IMG/VR virus record: IMGVR_UViG_3300042363_001351
Span: 32,001 to 96,000 of that record
Source of the DNA: a virus
Taxonomy: Duplodnaviria; Caudoviricetes
Direction: 5' to 3' (one strand)
Length of the DNA: 64,000 nucleotides
The notes under the pieces are model-generated. The model worked only from the letters and a program-made list of their open reading frames with translations, had not been told where the DNA came from and did not search any database. Of the stretch, positions 21,162 through 30,407 are shown piece after piece. Position 1 is the stretch's first letter. Every line of letters begins with the position of its first letter. A program made the translations under genes and the position numbers.

Positions 21162-22002
21162 AGATCCTTAAGAAGCTCGTCAATATCATCATCAATAGAA
21201 CTCTCTACCTGTACAGAATCAGTCTGTTTTGTAAAGGTTGGAATTGGTGCACTATCGTAAGAGTCATGCTTCACTTCCGTTTAGATTTAGTATTCTTGAC
21301 ATAGAAGTGCTCATCAAGCATCTGCTTCAATTCGTCATAAGACTTAAGAGTATAGACTTTAGCAAGATCGAAGACACTATCGTAAATCTTCTTTTGTTCA
21401 TCATCGCTAAGATTCAACTTACCAGCAGAGGTAAAGCGTGAAGAGACATAGGTAGGATATTCGCCTTGATTCTCACACTTAATTTTAAAATTAACTCCAT
21501 TAGCTCCAAGATCAAAAATTCGTGGACCGAACTCTTCAGCATCCTCACCTTCAATAGCCTCCATAATAATTTTATGAACTTGTTTACCGTAACGAAGCAT
21601 CTTAACCTTGCCGTTATTATCAGGATTGGTTGGATCGTCAATTACATATACATTAACGAGATACTTCTCGAGTCGCTTAATAGCTTTAACCTTCTCCTTT
21701 TCATCTTCAGTACCTGTACGAAGAATGCGGAATCTCTCCTCAGCGATTGGATCTCTTTCACCGAAGGTCATAGGAGATAGAGACTGAACGTACTGTCCTG
21801 TCGCGAAGGATACCCATCCATGGTTGAAGTAGTGGAAGAATGTATTCTTAGGATCTTTTGCAAATGGTAGCAATCTCACAGTGTAGGTATTACCAGGAGT
21901 AGTTTTTAGGATTTCAGTATAAGTTGCAGTATTGTTTTCGCTATCGTTTTTTGATAGTGCATCTTTAATGGATTGAAACATTGACGTGTTAAATGTACTC
22001 AT
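21158..22002 (-). CDS. ssDNA-binding protein (gp32-like); frameshift near 21280, true end probably 21158
   Basis: VRLLP..HGW..NVYVIDDPTNPDNNGKVKMLRYGK..FDL..G.NFKIK..YPTYVSSRF; the acidic tail ..DDDIDELLKDL lies in the -1 frame. Confidence 0.9.
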
Positions 22003-22025
22003 AATTTTATTGTTTGTTATATGTT

Positions 22026-22691
22026 CTATTTTAGGCTCGTTATTTTACTTTTCAACAATTGTTTTTCGATTATTGAAAACGCTTCTCTTATTACATTTTT
22101 CAACCGAGTTGATCGTTGAAAATTAACTCTAGTCTCATTTAGTAAATTTTGAAAGTTTGACACAAAAAAATCTAATAATTCTGCTTCTACCTGTCTAATG
22201 GTTTTGTCGCATTGCAGGCCGTGAATTATATAGAAGTTAATTTTATGCTCTCTTAAGTGCTGAACTACTATAGGTGTTGTACCGTTAATATTTGTCTTAT
22301 ATTCTTGAAGAGTTAGATTATTTTCTCTACAATATCTATATATAAACGAACAGCACTCTTTACATCTATTAATGGTATTCTCACTATCTGGATCTTGCGT
22401 TTCCCTTTTCTTTTGATATAAGGAATAACACTTTAAAGCTTTCGATGTGAGATAGTAATGTAAATCAAAGTAATTTTCCGTTCCGTAATAATCATAAGGA
22501 GCTGTAAAGAAGTCTATCTGCCTTATATTATTGTTTTTCTCAAAAAAGATGCTTAGTTTTTTAAGTGTGGTGTAGGATTGATCATCGAGAGAGCTAAAGT
22601 CTTGTCTTAGTTTAAACGGCTTGTTTTTTATTGTTCTGCCTGCGATAAGGTATGAGTTATAAATAGCTTTCTCTTTTTCTGTTAAAGGCAT
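22026..22691 (-). CDS. Putative helicase loader (gp59-like)
   Basis: Basic 221 aa protein immediately upstream of gp32, as in T4; call rests on synteny and size. Confidence 0.45.
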   Translation of the reverse strand: MPLTEKEKAIYNSYLIAGRTIKNKPFKLRQDFSSLDDQSYTTLKKLSIFFEKNNNIRQIDFFTAPYDYYGTENYFDLHYYLTSKALKCYSLYQKKRETQDPDSENTINRCKECCSFIYRYCRENNLTLQEYKTNINGTTPIVVQHLREHKINFYIIHGLQCDKTIRQVEAELLDFFVSNFQNLLNETRVNFQRSTRLKNVIREAFSIIEKQLLKSKITSLK

Positions 22692-22978
22692 CTTCGTTTA
22701 TTACTATTAATATATTTCGTTATATATTTGCTTTTAGTTATGGTAGGATCATACTCTAAAAATATTTTAACTATTTCATAGTTAGAATCAACTCCTAAAA
22801 GATCTTTTAATATAACGCGCAGTTTTTCATCTTGTAAAATTAAAATAAAAACATTCTGCAATGATAGTTTCTTACCCTTTAGTAGTGTACAGAAAGAGCA
22901 AAAAGATAATAGTATATGCTCACTTTCTCTATCTATTATATCTTGCGACGGATTAATTGTAGTGGTTTTTATGAACAT
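22682..22978 (-). CDS. Hypothetical protein at the syntenic position of T4 gp33
   Basis: 98 aa; no recognisable motif. Confidence 0.45.
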   Translation of the reverse strand: MFIKTTTINPSQDIIDRESEHILLSFCSFCTLLKGKKLSLQNVFILILQDEKLRVILKDLLGVDSNYEIVKIFLEYDPTITKSKYITKYINSNKRRCL

Positions 22979-23412
22979 TTGATGAATTTCTTTGTTAGGT
23001 TAATAAAACTATCTGTTAGCTTTCCTGCTGCAAGAACATCTGTCGATTCATCGCACTCCCCGTCGCTTAAAATTTGTGCAAGCTTGCATAGATCAATTTT
23101 ACATGTTATATTATTTTTCTTAAAAATAATTCTTCGCTCTGTTAGTATTACAATTATTGCGATATCAGCGCCGTAATTGTTAATCATCCTCGAATGAAGT
23201 TCTTCATAAAATCCTTCCGCGAAACAGCTTACTACCTTATATTCTTTTATAGTACCGGCAAAGAAATTAGTATTATCAATTACATCTTTATATTTAGAAA
23301 TATAAAGTTTTATTTCATTGAGCTCTTCAACACTAAAATCACGCTTACCAGAACGGTAATCTTTAATATTAGACTTTAATTTATTATTCGTATAATAATC
23401 AAAAATTTTCAC
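22969..23412 (-). CDS. Stand-alone degenerate DHHA1-like domain protein
   Basis: ADIAIIV..RIIFKK..IDLCKLAQILSDG..AAGKL resembles DHHA1, but GGGH is absent. Confidence 0.4.
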   Translation of the reverse strand: MKIFDYYTNNKLKSNIKDYRSGKRDFSVEELNEIKLYISKYKDVIDNTNFFAGTIKEYKVVSCFAEGFYEELHSRMINNYGADIAIIVILTERRIIFKKNNITCKIDLCKLAQILSDGECDESTDVLAAGKLTDSFINLTKKFIKCS

Positions 23413-23442
23413 TGCATCTATTTATTAGTGAAGGGAACTTTA

Positions 23443-24759
23443 TCAACCTGATAATAATTGTAACGTATTGAACGTTTCATCCTCACTGCTAATAGAATCT
23501 CCCTCAGCCTGTGTAATAGTGAGAGTTGAATAATCAATTCTCATAGGCTGTGTATGGCCTCTTGGACCATATCTATTCTTCATCATACCCAATCTAATGA
23601 TACCTAAATCTCTGTCTTCTTCGTTTTGAAAGATTGAAACAATTACATCTGCTGTAGCGGCTAGACCAACTGATTCTGAGATTGTTGCAAGGTCGGGATT
23701 GTCTGTATTAAATCCTGAACGATTTAATTGAGTTGCAGAAATTATAGGACAATTAAAAATATAAGACATTGCTCTAACCTGCTCTGTTACATTTTTTATT
23801 CTTTCATAAGAGTTGGTACCAACAGACGAGTGCAACAAGTTAAGATAGTCGAGAACTATAGCGTGAATTGGTACGCCAGTATCTGTAAGCTTTTTAACAA
23901 AAGCCTTAAGCTGATTGGGTGTAATGGTTGAAGGTGGAAACTCCTTAATAAAGATTCTACCTTTATCCGCTTCTTTTTGATCTTTAATTGCCTGTCTAAG
24001 AGAATGTGTGTTAGTAGCAAGATCTTTAAGAGGTATCTTACTTACGTTAGTACATATACGGCGCGCGTATAGCAGCTCTGACATCTCTAAGGTAATTAAC
24101 AAAACGTTCTTACCCTGATTAGCTATATTGGCAGCAATATTACCGAGAAAGATAGACTTACCAATATTTGTCTCACCGGCAAATACATACAATGATCTAC
24201 CATTTTCAAGAAAGCCTCCATTTAAGGCATCATCCAACCACTCCCACTTGCTTGGAATAGCTTTTTGTACGTTACAAAGATCATCAATAAGAACTTCAAT
24301 GTTATTATACAAATCAAATCCTGTATCTGTAACAAGATTAATATTACACGACTTCTCAATCTTATCTAAAATCTGTGATGTATCGATATTACCCTTAGAT
24401 ATATCACCGGCTACATCTAGCATCGTATTGTATACGGCCTTCTCTTTAAGAAATTGCTCTGTATTATCATAGAGTTCGTCTTTGTCGATATTTTTATCAA
24501 TATCTTTTAACGACTCTACGAGATTTTTAAAAGACGTCCTTAGGTCATCCGTAGTTAGGTATGATTTTACCTCAGTAAGTGTTGGGAGCTTGCTACGCTT
24601 CTCATAAAACTCTGAAATAATACTAAAGACACTAGCAATATTTTTATCTTTAAAATATTTAGGCTTAACATAGTCAGCAATAGATGCAAGATATGTAGAA
24701 TCAAAAAGTGCTTTATAGCAAAGCACTTTTTCAAAATAATCATTATCTAGTTTACTCAC
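23443..24759 (-). CDS. Replicative helicase (gp41/DnaB-like); start probably GTG near 24759
   Basis: AGETNIGKS, ITLEMSE, IKEFPP, LDYLNL, SATQLNRSG, SES, MKNRYG. Confidence 0.95.
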   Translation of the reverse strand: MSKLDNDYFEKVLCYKALFDSTYLASIADYVKPKYFKDKNIASVFSIISEFYEKRSKLPTLTEVKSYLTTDDLRTSFKNLVESLKDIDKNIDKDELYDNTEQFLKEKAVYNTMLDVAGDISKGNIDTSQILDKIEKSCNINLVTDTGFDLYNNIEVLIDDLCNVQKAIPSKWEWLDDALNGGFLENGRSLYVFAGETNIGKSIFLGNIAANIANQGKNVLLITLEMSELLYARRICTNVSKIPLKDLATNTHSLRQAIKDQKEADKGRIFIKEFPPSTITPNQLKAFVKKLTDTGVPIHAIVLDYLNLLHSSVGTNSYERIKNVTEQVRAMSYIFNCPIISATQLNRSGFNTDNPDLATISESVGLAATADVIVSIFQNEEDRDLGIIRLGMMKNRYGPRGHTQPMRIDYSTLTITQAEGDSISSEDETFNTLQLLSG

Positions 24760-24766
24760 AATTGTA

Positions 24767-25423
24767 TTATAACTTACCTTTCCATTTTTCAAGGAACCAC
24801 CTTTGACCCTCATTAAACTCCTCTGTAAACTCTTTCAATCCTGGAGAAGCATGAGTGATCATAATATCTGAAACGCCTAGTTTTAAACCTTCTTTATGGC
24901 ATGAAAGACTGTAATCTAAATCATAAAAGTGAAATCCTGCAGGATTGGTTTCGTCGAATCTTACCTTTGTAAAAGCTGTTTTATTAATACAAAGAAAAAC
25001 TCCATCTAGTAGCAAGACCCTTTTAGGATAAGAGCCGAAAAACGTCATAGATTTATTTTTTTCATCTCCATGTGCTACTGCCCCATGGAGCTTACCAGAA
25101 CCGAATCCTCCCCCCATAATGTGCCATAGTGCAGGTTCCTGTAATTTACATTCCGTACTACCTGCAACTCCAATTACATCAAAAGATTCCATAATAGAAG
25201 GTAATCTATACGCTAGATCTGATTCTATAATTACATCGTCATGACACAGGACGATAGCGTCAAAATTCTCCTCAATAGCAAAATCAATAGCCTTGTTATA
25301 TACCTTAGGTAGAGATTCAGTGTTATTTTCCTTAAAAATAAAGCTATTATAAGCAGAGTGATTTTTATTTAGTAGGGTGTTCTTCCTACTACCTTTAGTT
25401 GCAGAAAAATAAAATATATTCAT
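24767..25423 (-). CDS. GT-A (GT2-like) glycosyltransferase; start probably ATG 25423
   Basis: YNKAI..LCHDDV..IGVAG..LLDGVFL..FDE..FHFYDLDYSL. Confidence 0.8.
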   Translation of the reverse strand: MNIFYFSATKGSRKNTLLNKNHSAYNSFIFKENNTESLPKVYNKAIDFAIEENFDAIVLCHDDVIIESDLAYRLPSIMESFDVIGVAGSTECKLQEPALWHIMGGGFGSGKLHGAVAHGDEKNKSMTFFGSYPKRVLLLDGVFLCINKTAFTKVRFDETNPAGFHFYDLDYSLSCHKEGLKLGVSDIMITHASPGLKEFTEEFNEGQRWFLEKWKGKL

Positions 25424-26085
25424 AAAAATAAAAATGGTGATTTTGTTTCGAAATGATTTACTACCTCCCAAGATTTGTAGTCCTTAAGCATTAAAATCGT
25501 ACCCTCTGGAACCAGTTTAAATCCCTCACCTCCTAAGGTTGAAAAGTCGCCGTTATCGTTATAATGCAAGATGGAGCCCTGTCTTGCAATATAAACATCA
25601 TTAGAGTCAGTATCAATCATACATAACGCAAAAGTACCTTCAAGTAAGCTTAACACTCTTTTAATTGTTTCGTGAGCAGGGCACTCGCCACTACACTCCT
25701 CTGTAAAGTGCTGTAGTAAATTTGGAATAACAGCTGTATCAACAGGATTAACATCCCAATCGATATGTTTAGCTCTTATTTCTTTATAATTTGTTAATAC
25801 TCCGTTATGAACTACGGACCAGGATAGAGATTCGAAAGGATGCGAGGTATCATAAGACCAGGTTCGTTTCGCAGACGTAGGTGCTTGAACGTGTCCAATA
25901 AAATAATTGTTTATATCGTCCAATTGAACATGATCAAAGTCAATAGTACCCTTCTTTTTAAGAACCATTTGATCACCACCACTATTAAGACCTATCAACC
26001 CTGATGCAAAGTTACCTCTAGGTAGATTTGCTTGATATAGTACCTCAAACTTAGACGAATTATTAGCTCCAACTATAGCACACAT
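25420..26085 (-). CDS. Class II (Ntn) glutamine amidotransferase domain protein
   Basis: N-terminal MCAIVG (Cys nucleophile), GHVQAPT, SHPF, HNGVLTN, VDT, EGTFA. Confidence 0.8.
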   Translation of the reverse strand: MCAIVGANNSSKFEVLYQANLPRGNFASGLIGLNSGGDQMVLKKKGTIDFDHVQLDDINNYFIGHVQAPTSAKRTWSYDTSHPFESLSWSVVHNGVLTNYKEIRAKHIDWDVNPVDTAVIPNLLQHFTEECSGECPAHETIKRVLSLLEGTFALCMIDTDSNDVYIARQGSILHYNDNGDFSTLGGEGFKLVPEGTILMLKDYKSWEVVNHFETKSPFLFL

Positions 26086-26408
26086 TACTTTACAAGATAT
26101 TCTCGCTTATCTTTTGGAATTCTCCAGAAAAAATCAATTTTTCCCGTAAGAATGTTTTTAGCAAGTGAAAAATCTGGGTATTCTATACCATCTTCCATAA
26201 GATACCATGATTTTCTCTCCTTTTTAATCTTCTCAATACCTAGATTCTTAAGAGTCTTACTACCCAAGCCTTTAATCTTAAATAAATCGTTGTTAGATCT
26301 GAAAGGTCTATTAGCTATAATACGTTCAGCTGCTTTTTTACCTATTCCAGGAAGCTTGCAGATGCTATTAAATGACATTTCGTTAAAATCTCGCCAATTT
26401 AAGTTCAT
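26085..26408 (-). CDS. Helix-hairpin-helix (ComEA-like) DNA-binding protein
   Basis: LPGIGKKAAERII..RPF..DL.KIKGLGSKTL. Confidence 0.8.
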   Translation of the reverse strand: MNLNWRDFNEMSFNSICKLPGIGKKAAERIIANRPFRSNNDLFKIKGLGSKTLKNLGIEKIKKERKSWYLMEDGIEYPDFSLAKNILTGKIDFFWRIPKDKREYLVK

Positions 26409-26412
26409 ATTG

Positions 26413-26420
26413 TATAAATA
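26413..26420 (+). promoter_or_regulatory. T4-type late promoter TATAAATA
   Basis: Exact consensus 6 nt before ATG 26427. Confidence 0.8.
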
Positions 26421-26426
26421 TAGTAT

Positions 26427-27911
26427 ATGAGTTCCTTTACAAAGCTACTATCTAGACTCACTTCTTTAAATGAAGCAAAAACTTCACCAATGGAGAAAAT
26501 AATGCCCGGGTTTCAATCACAGGCTCGTGCTCTTGCTAAATCAAGAGGTGCGTCGTCTGGTACGAGAGAGGGTCGCCTAGCTATGTTGGGTATTTTGTTT
26601 GATTTGGATATAATCGACGATTCAATAGTTAGAATGTTTAAAAATGACCCTTCAGTAAGTAGAATGGTGGAGTATTTTGAAGCTAACGGTATTGCTTCGA
26701 AGATCAAAGCAAAGCGTGATGAAATTCAAGCTCACATTAAAGATCAACTAGAAAATAAAGTAAGTTTCACTACAGGTAATAGAACTGATTCGGCTCAACA
26801 GCGATATGAAGTCAATAAGCTTAATGATGAACTTAAAGCGGCGAAGAAGGTAGCAAGATTAGAGCGTAAAAAAGAAACAGCAGGAGCAATGTCATCTATG
26901 AGTCAAACAGTAGATATGTATGATGATCTTATTGGATCTCTTGAATCTTCTTATAGTAGCGAGTATATGTTGGAAATAGTTGCAGATAGAGATAGTGATC
27001 TAAACGATATAACACAAATTGTAAAATATTTATCAAAGTTCGTAAATGCTGAAGATATAGAGGTTGAAGGAAGAAGCGTTGATGTAGTATTTGGTGCTTC
27101 TAGCAAGCTTGGTAAGATAATATCTAAAATGGGTATAGAGAAAATCGAAAGACAGATAGCTGATGATCTTAAGCCATATGGCGGGGCTGGTGTTATAATA
27201 CACGAACCAGATATTGATAAGAAAGACATGATTGGTAATATCAAGCCAGCTTCAATAGAGGATGAAGAATACTCTAGCGAGGAAGAAGATCAATTAGAAG
27301 GTAATGATTATGAAGAATTAGCTCAAGATTATAGTTCTGGTATAAATCCTGAAGTATTAAAAGCGCAAAAACAAGCTCTTCGCTCTATCTCCGAGTCTAC
27401 CGAAGTAACAGGTACCGCTGCTTACATAAACGAAAGTTTTGGTAAAACCCTAGCAGGGGTAGCGACTGCTGGAGCTATTGGTCTTGGTGGTTTAGGAGTA
27501 ATGAAAGGTGTTAATAAAGCAACAGAATATATACAAAAAGCTTTTCCTAGCGATAAACAGCAATTTTTATCCAAAATTACTGATGAGGCAGATCGTAAGA
27601 AGATAATCGACGGACTACAGGCTCTTAGAGATGCTGGTACTGACGCTCAACTATCAGGAAAATCTGATACAGTTGTGCGTATGAGACATAAATTTAGCGA
27701 AGTTGAAAGAGAAATGCGTAAAAAATACGATATACCTAACAACATTTACTTAAGTGAAAGTCAAGAGCCTACCACATCAACCTATCTTACTGAACAAGTA
27801 AAGAGTGATAGTGTTAGAAGATCACAACCTCAACAAAATTTATTATTTAAAGATAAGTACAAACCTAAAACCTCTTGGCAATTAGAAGAGCTTAGAAAAT
27901 ACGGATTATAA
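26427..27911 (+). CDS. Late protein, candidate head internal/ejection protein
   Basis: TATAAATA upstream; several (I/L)xE sites; Gly/Ala hydrophobic segment. Confidence 0.5.
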   Translation: MSSFTKLLSRLTSLNEAKTSPMEKIMPGFQSQARALAKSRGASSGTREGRLAMLGILFDLDIIDDSIVRMFKNDPSVSRMVEYFEANGIASKIKAKRDEIQAHIKDQLENKVSFTTGNRTDSAQQRYEVNKLNDELKAAKKVARLERKKETAGAMSSMSQTVDMYDDLIGSLESSYSSEYMLEIVADRDSDLNDITQIVKYLSKFVNAEDIEVEGRSVDVVFGASSKLGKIISKMGIEKIERQIADDLKPYGGAGVIIHEPDIDKKDMIGNIKPASIEDEEYSSEEEDQLEGNDYEELAQDYSSGINPEVLKAQKQALRSISESTEVTGTAAYINESFGKTLAGVATAGAIGLGGLGVMKGVNKATEYIQKAFPSDKQQFLSKITDEADRKKIIDGLQALRDAGTDAQLSGKSDTVVRMRHKFSEVEREMRKKYDIPNNIYLSESQEPTTSTYLTEQVKSDSVRRSQPQQNLLFKDKYKPKTSWQLEELRKYGL

Positions 27912-28634
27912 TTCTTTACAATTATTCTGTTCATATATCCCATCAAGCTTATCCTGTTGAAGATACTTGATGGGATCTCTATACCCAGCACTAATAAATC
28001 CTTGAACGCGCATGCTACTTGAAGGTGTAGTTGCATCAGCAAGACCATCCTCACGATTACTATAGCATGTCCATGTGTTCTCGAACTGTACACCTAATTT
28101 CACACCTTCCTGTACTATTTCTGCTTTCGACAAGGAGAGCAATGGAGCTTCAATGAGGATCCTATGTTGTCTGTTAAGAGCTGTTAGCTGATTTATACTA
28201 TCAACAAACTCTTGGCTTCCATCCCAGTAACCAGCTAGTGAGTCTACTTGCGCAGCACCGTACCAAACCGAGTCTGCACCGAGACTTTCCGCGTAAGCGC
28301 AGCAAATTGTAATAAACATTTGATTACGAAACGGAACATATGAAACAGGTTGTGCATCACCAGCAATTTTACTTATATCAGGATTATCTATATCTAAGTT
28401 AGTAAGTGAAGACGTAGGAGAAATATCCTTAAGGTATCTTACATCCAATACCTTATTTGTAAATTTAACATTAGGAAATTTCTCTTCAAGATCCCATTTC
28501 TGAAGCGGTACACACTGCATTTCGCGACGATGCCTCTGACCGTAATCAAAAGTAACGGTATGAATTTCTTCATAACCTCTCTCTGCTGCCATAAAAAGAA
28601 GTACAGAACTATCCATACCTCCAGAAAACGCTAA
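27906..28634 (-). CDS. queC: 7-cyano-7-deazaguanine synthase QueC, atypical C-terminus (ORF track start 28655)
   Basis: SGGMDS, FDYGQRH, YVPFRN, APL...KAEIV, TWTCY. Confidence 0.85.
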   Translation of the reverse strand, partial: LAFSGGMDSSVLLFMAAERGYEEIHTVTFDYGQRHRREMQCVPLQKWDLEEKFPNVKFTNKVLDVRYLKDISPTSSLTNLDIDNPDISKIAGDAQPVSYVPFRNQMFITICCAYAESLGADSVWYGAAQVDSLAGYWDGSQEFVDSINQLTALNRQHRILIEAPLLSLSKAEIVQEGVKLGVQFENTWTCYSNREDGLADATTPSSSMRVQGFISAGYRDPIKYLQQDKLDGIYEQNNCKEL

Positions 28635-28644
28635 TACAAGTTTT

Positions 28645-29739
28645 TTATGCTTCATCGTTTATTTCTTCTGGTGTTTCTTCTTCAAGGTTACTATATGACC
28701 ATTCTTTCTTGATTCTCTCTTCTAGTTTAGGTAGGATGGTTTCTTCCCAAAGCTTACTATCTTTCCGCCACGATTTGTAATACCCTAATTTAGTGCCGTC
28801 TTCAAGAGCATATGTCGATCCGTTCTGAATAACTACTCCAAGACCGACCGCAAGATCAAGCATGCCGTAATACCTGTCCAATCCGTTAGCAAAGGATAAG
28901 TACATCTCACCTTCAAGATACTGTTTAATAAACCTGTTTTTACGTGTAAGAGCTCTAATAATAATTCCTGCATAAGATTTTTGACCTACGGCGAGTTCAC
29001 CGTCTGTTGTTTTACCATCATCCGACTTCATAGGCTTGCGTGCAAGCTGTACTGTAACTGATGGAAGATAGACGCACGCCTTACCACCCGGCATATGTTT
29101 CTCAATTGACGGAAACATTGCTGCGGGATCATCGTAAACATGATTAGTACAAAGAATAGTAGTCTGAGTAACAGCACCGAGGTTAGTACAAGTCTGCATT
29201 AGCGATTTCATAGCACGAGCTTTTGTACCCATATCTGCAGAAGTACTATCTTTACCCATTCGAGCTAGCTCAAGTTCTGATTGAAGATTACCTAAAGAGT
29301 CGATCGCAACAATAAACTTACCCTCAAGTTTCTTTTCTTTAACAGATGTAAGAAATTTAAAGAGAGCGTTACGTGTTTGTTCGATACTGATACACGGTAC
29401 ATACTTTACCTTACTAATATCTAGACCTAGTCGTTGGGCTCCTTCAGGATCAATAGCATTTTCAGTATCAAAAATTACTGGTATAAGACCTTCTTGTTGA
29501 GCCTTAGCGAGAATCTTTTGTACAAATAATGATTTACCTGTCATAGATTCACCAGCGAGCATAGTAACTCGACCCTTAGGAATACCACCATGAATAGAAC
29601 CAGAAATGATAGCATTAAGAACATAGCTACCTGTATCAACCCAACCACCGACACGGCTTAATGTACTATCACTTAGATAAGTAGCAAAAGGATTTACATC
29701 ATCGATCTCATTTAAAGCGCTTAAAATATCTTTATCCAT
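28645..29739 (-). CDS. uvsX: UvsX/RecA-like recombinase; start probably ATG 29739
   Basis: DTGSYVLNAIISGS..GGIP.GRVT.LAGESMTGKS, FDTE, IDSLG, NHVY, PGGKA. Confidence 0.95.
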   Translation of the reverse strand: MDKDILSALNEIDDVNPFATYLSDSTLSRVGGWVDTGSYVLNAIISGSIHGGIPKGRVTMLAGESMTGKSLFVQKILAKAQQEGLIPVIFDTENAIDPEGAQRLGLDISKVKYVPCISIEQTRNALFKFLTSVKEKKLEGKFIVAIDSLGNLQSELELARMGKDSTSADMGTKARAMKSLMQTCTNLGAVTQTTILCTNHVYDDPAAMFPSIEKHMPGGKACVYLPSVTVQLARKPMKSDDGKTTDGELAVGQKSYAGIIIRALTRKNRFIKQYLEGEMYLSFANGLDRYYGMLDLAVGLGVVIQNGSTYALEDGTKLGYYKSWRKDSKLWEETILPKLEERIKKEWSYSNLEEETPEEINDEA

Positions 29740-29764
29740 AAAAAAATTATATACTATATTTTTA

Positions 29765-29980
29765 TTAATCAAGAGTTTGATCTTCAACTATAACGTGTTG
29801 AGCTAAATCTTTACTAATAGCAACCTTAGCTCCACACAACATACAAATTATATTTTTACCACCCTGTAGCTTTGTAACGTTGAGCTTTTCGCAAAAACCT
29901 AAATCTCTTAAATTATTACAACCACCACTTAAAGAGGTAATAATTACACGATCGTTATTTTTAACATCGTTAAGATTCAT
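29765..29980 (-). CDS. feoA: FeoA-domain protein
   Basis: 71 aa; L.D..R.II..L..LRDLGF..V.KL...I...GAKVAISKDLAQHVIV matches the FeoA SH3-like pattern. Confidence 0.75.
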   Translation of the reverse strand: MNLNDVKNNDRVIITSLSGGCNNLRDLGFCEKLNVTKLQGGKNIICMLCGAKVAISKDLAQHVIVEDQTLD

Positions 29981-30023
29981 AAAAAAATACCTCTCGTATT
30001 ATACTAAGAAAATACGAGAGGTA
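29981..30023 (-). terminator. Intrinsic terminator-like hairpin with U-tract abutting the feoA start codon
   Basis: Perfect 13-bp inverted repeat 29988-30000/30011-30023, 10-nt loop, then 7 T on the minus strand. Confidence 0.75.
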
Positions 30024-30048
30024 AGTTGGAATTAAATTTATTTAAATA

Positions 30049-30393
30049 TTAATCTTCAAACAACCGGATTACTTCTGGCTCACCTTGTGGTGGTTGAGGT
30101 GGGGGAGTGTTAATATTGTTATATTGAGCAATAATTTTAGTATCCAGCTCAACTTCTGAAAGTACAATATGTGATTTATTAAAAGTCCAGTTATTCTTAT
30201 CACGAGATTCGGTGCTCAAGAACTCCATAAAAATATACGGAAAGGACTGAACCTGAAGCTGACCGTTTTGAGGGTTAGGCTGAACATGAATAATAACTGG
30301 GTTATTCAAGGTAATAGTTTTATCATCTTGACTAACCTCAGTACCGATAACCGTTCTACCGATGTGATCTACAATTGTTTTAATTTTACTCAT
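30049..30393 (-). CDS. Hypothetical protein, possibly Sm-like fold
   Basis: G.TVIG..ITLNNPVII..; beta-rich; downstream of the polymerase gene. Confidence 0.55.
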   Translation of the reverse strand: MSKIKTIVDHIGRTVIGTEVSQDDKTITLNNPVIIHVQPNPQNGQLQVQSFPYIFMEFLSTESRDKNNWTFNKSHIVLSEVELDTKIIAQYNNINTPPPQPPQGEPEVIRLFED

Positions 30394-30407
30394 ATAGTTA
30401 TATTAAT

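Noticed and set aside
25420-28655. QatABCD or type IV CBASS defence system (QueC-family based)
   Set aside because: No QatA ATPase, TatD, cyclase/effector or TGT-like partner is adjacent, and folE/queD/queE favour a biosynthetic role.
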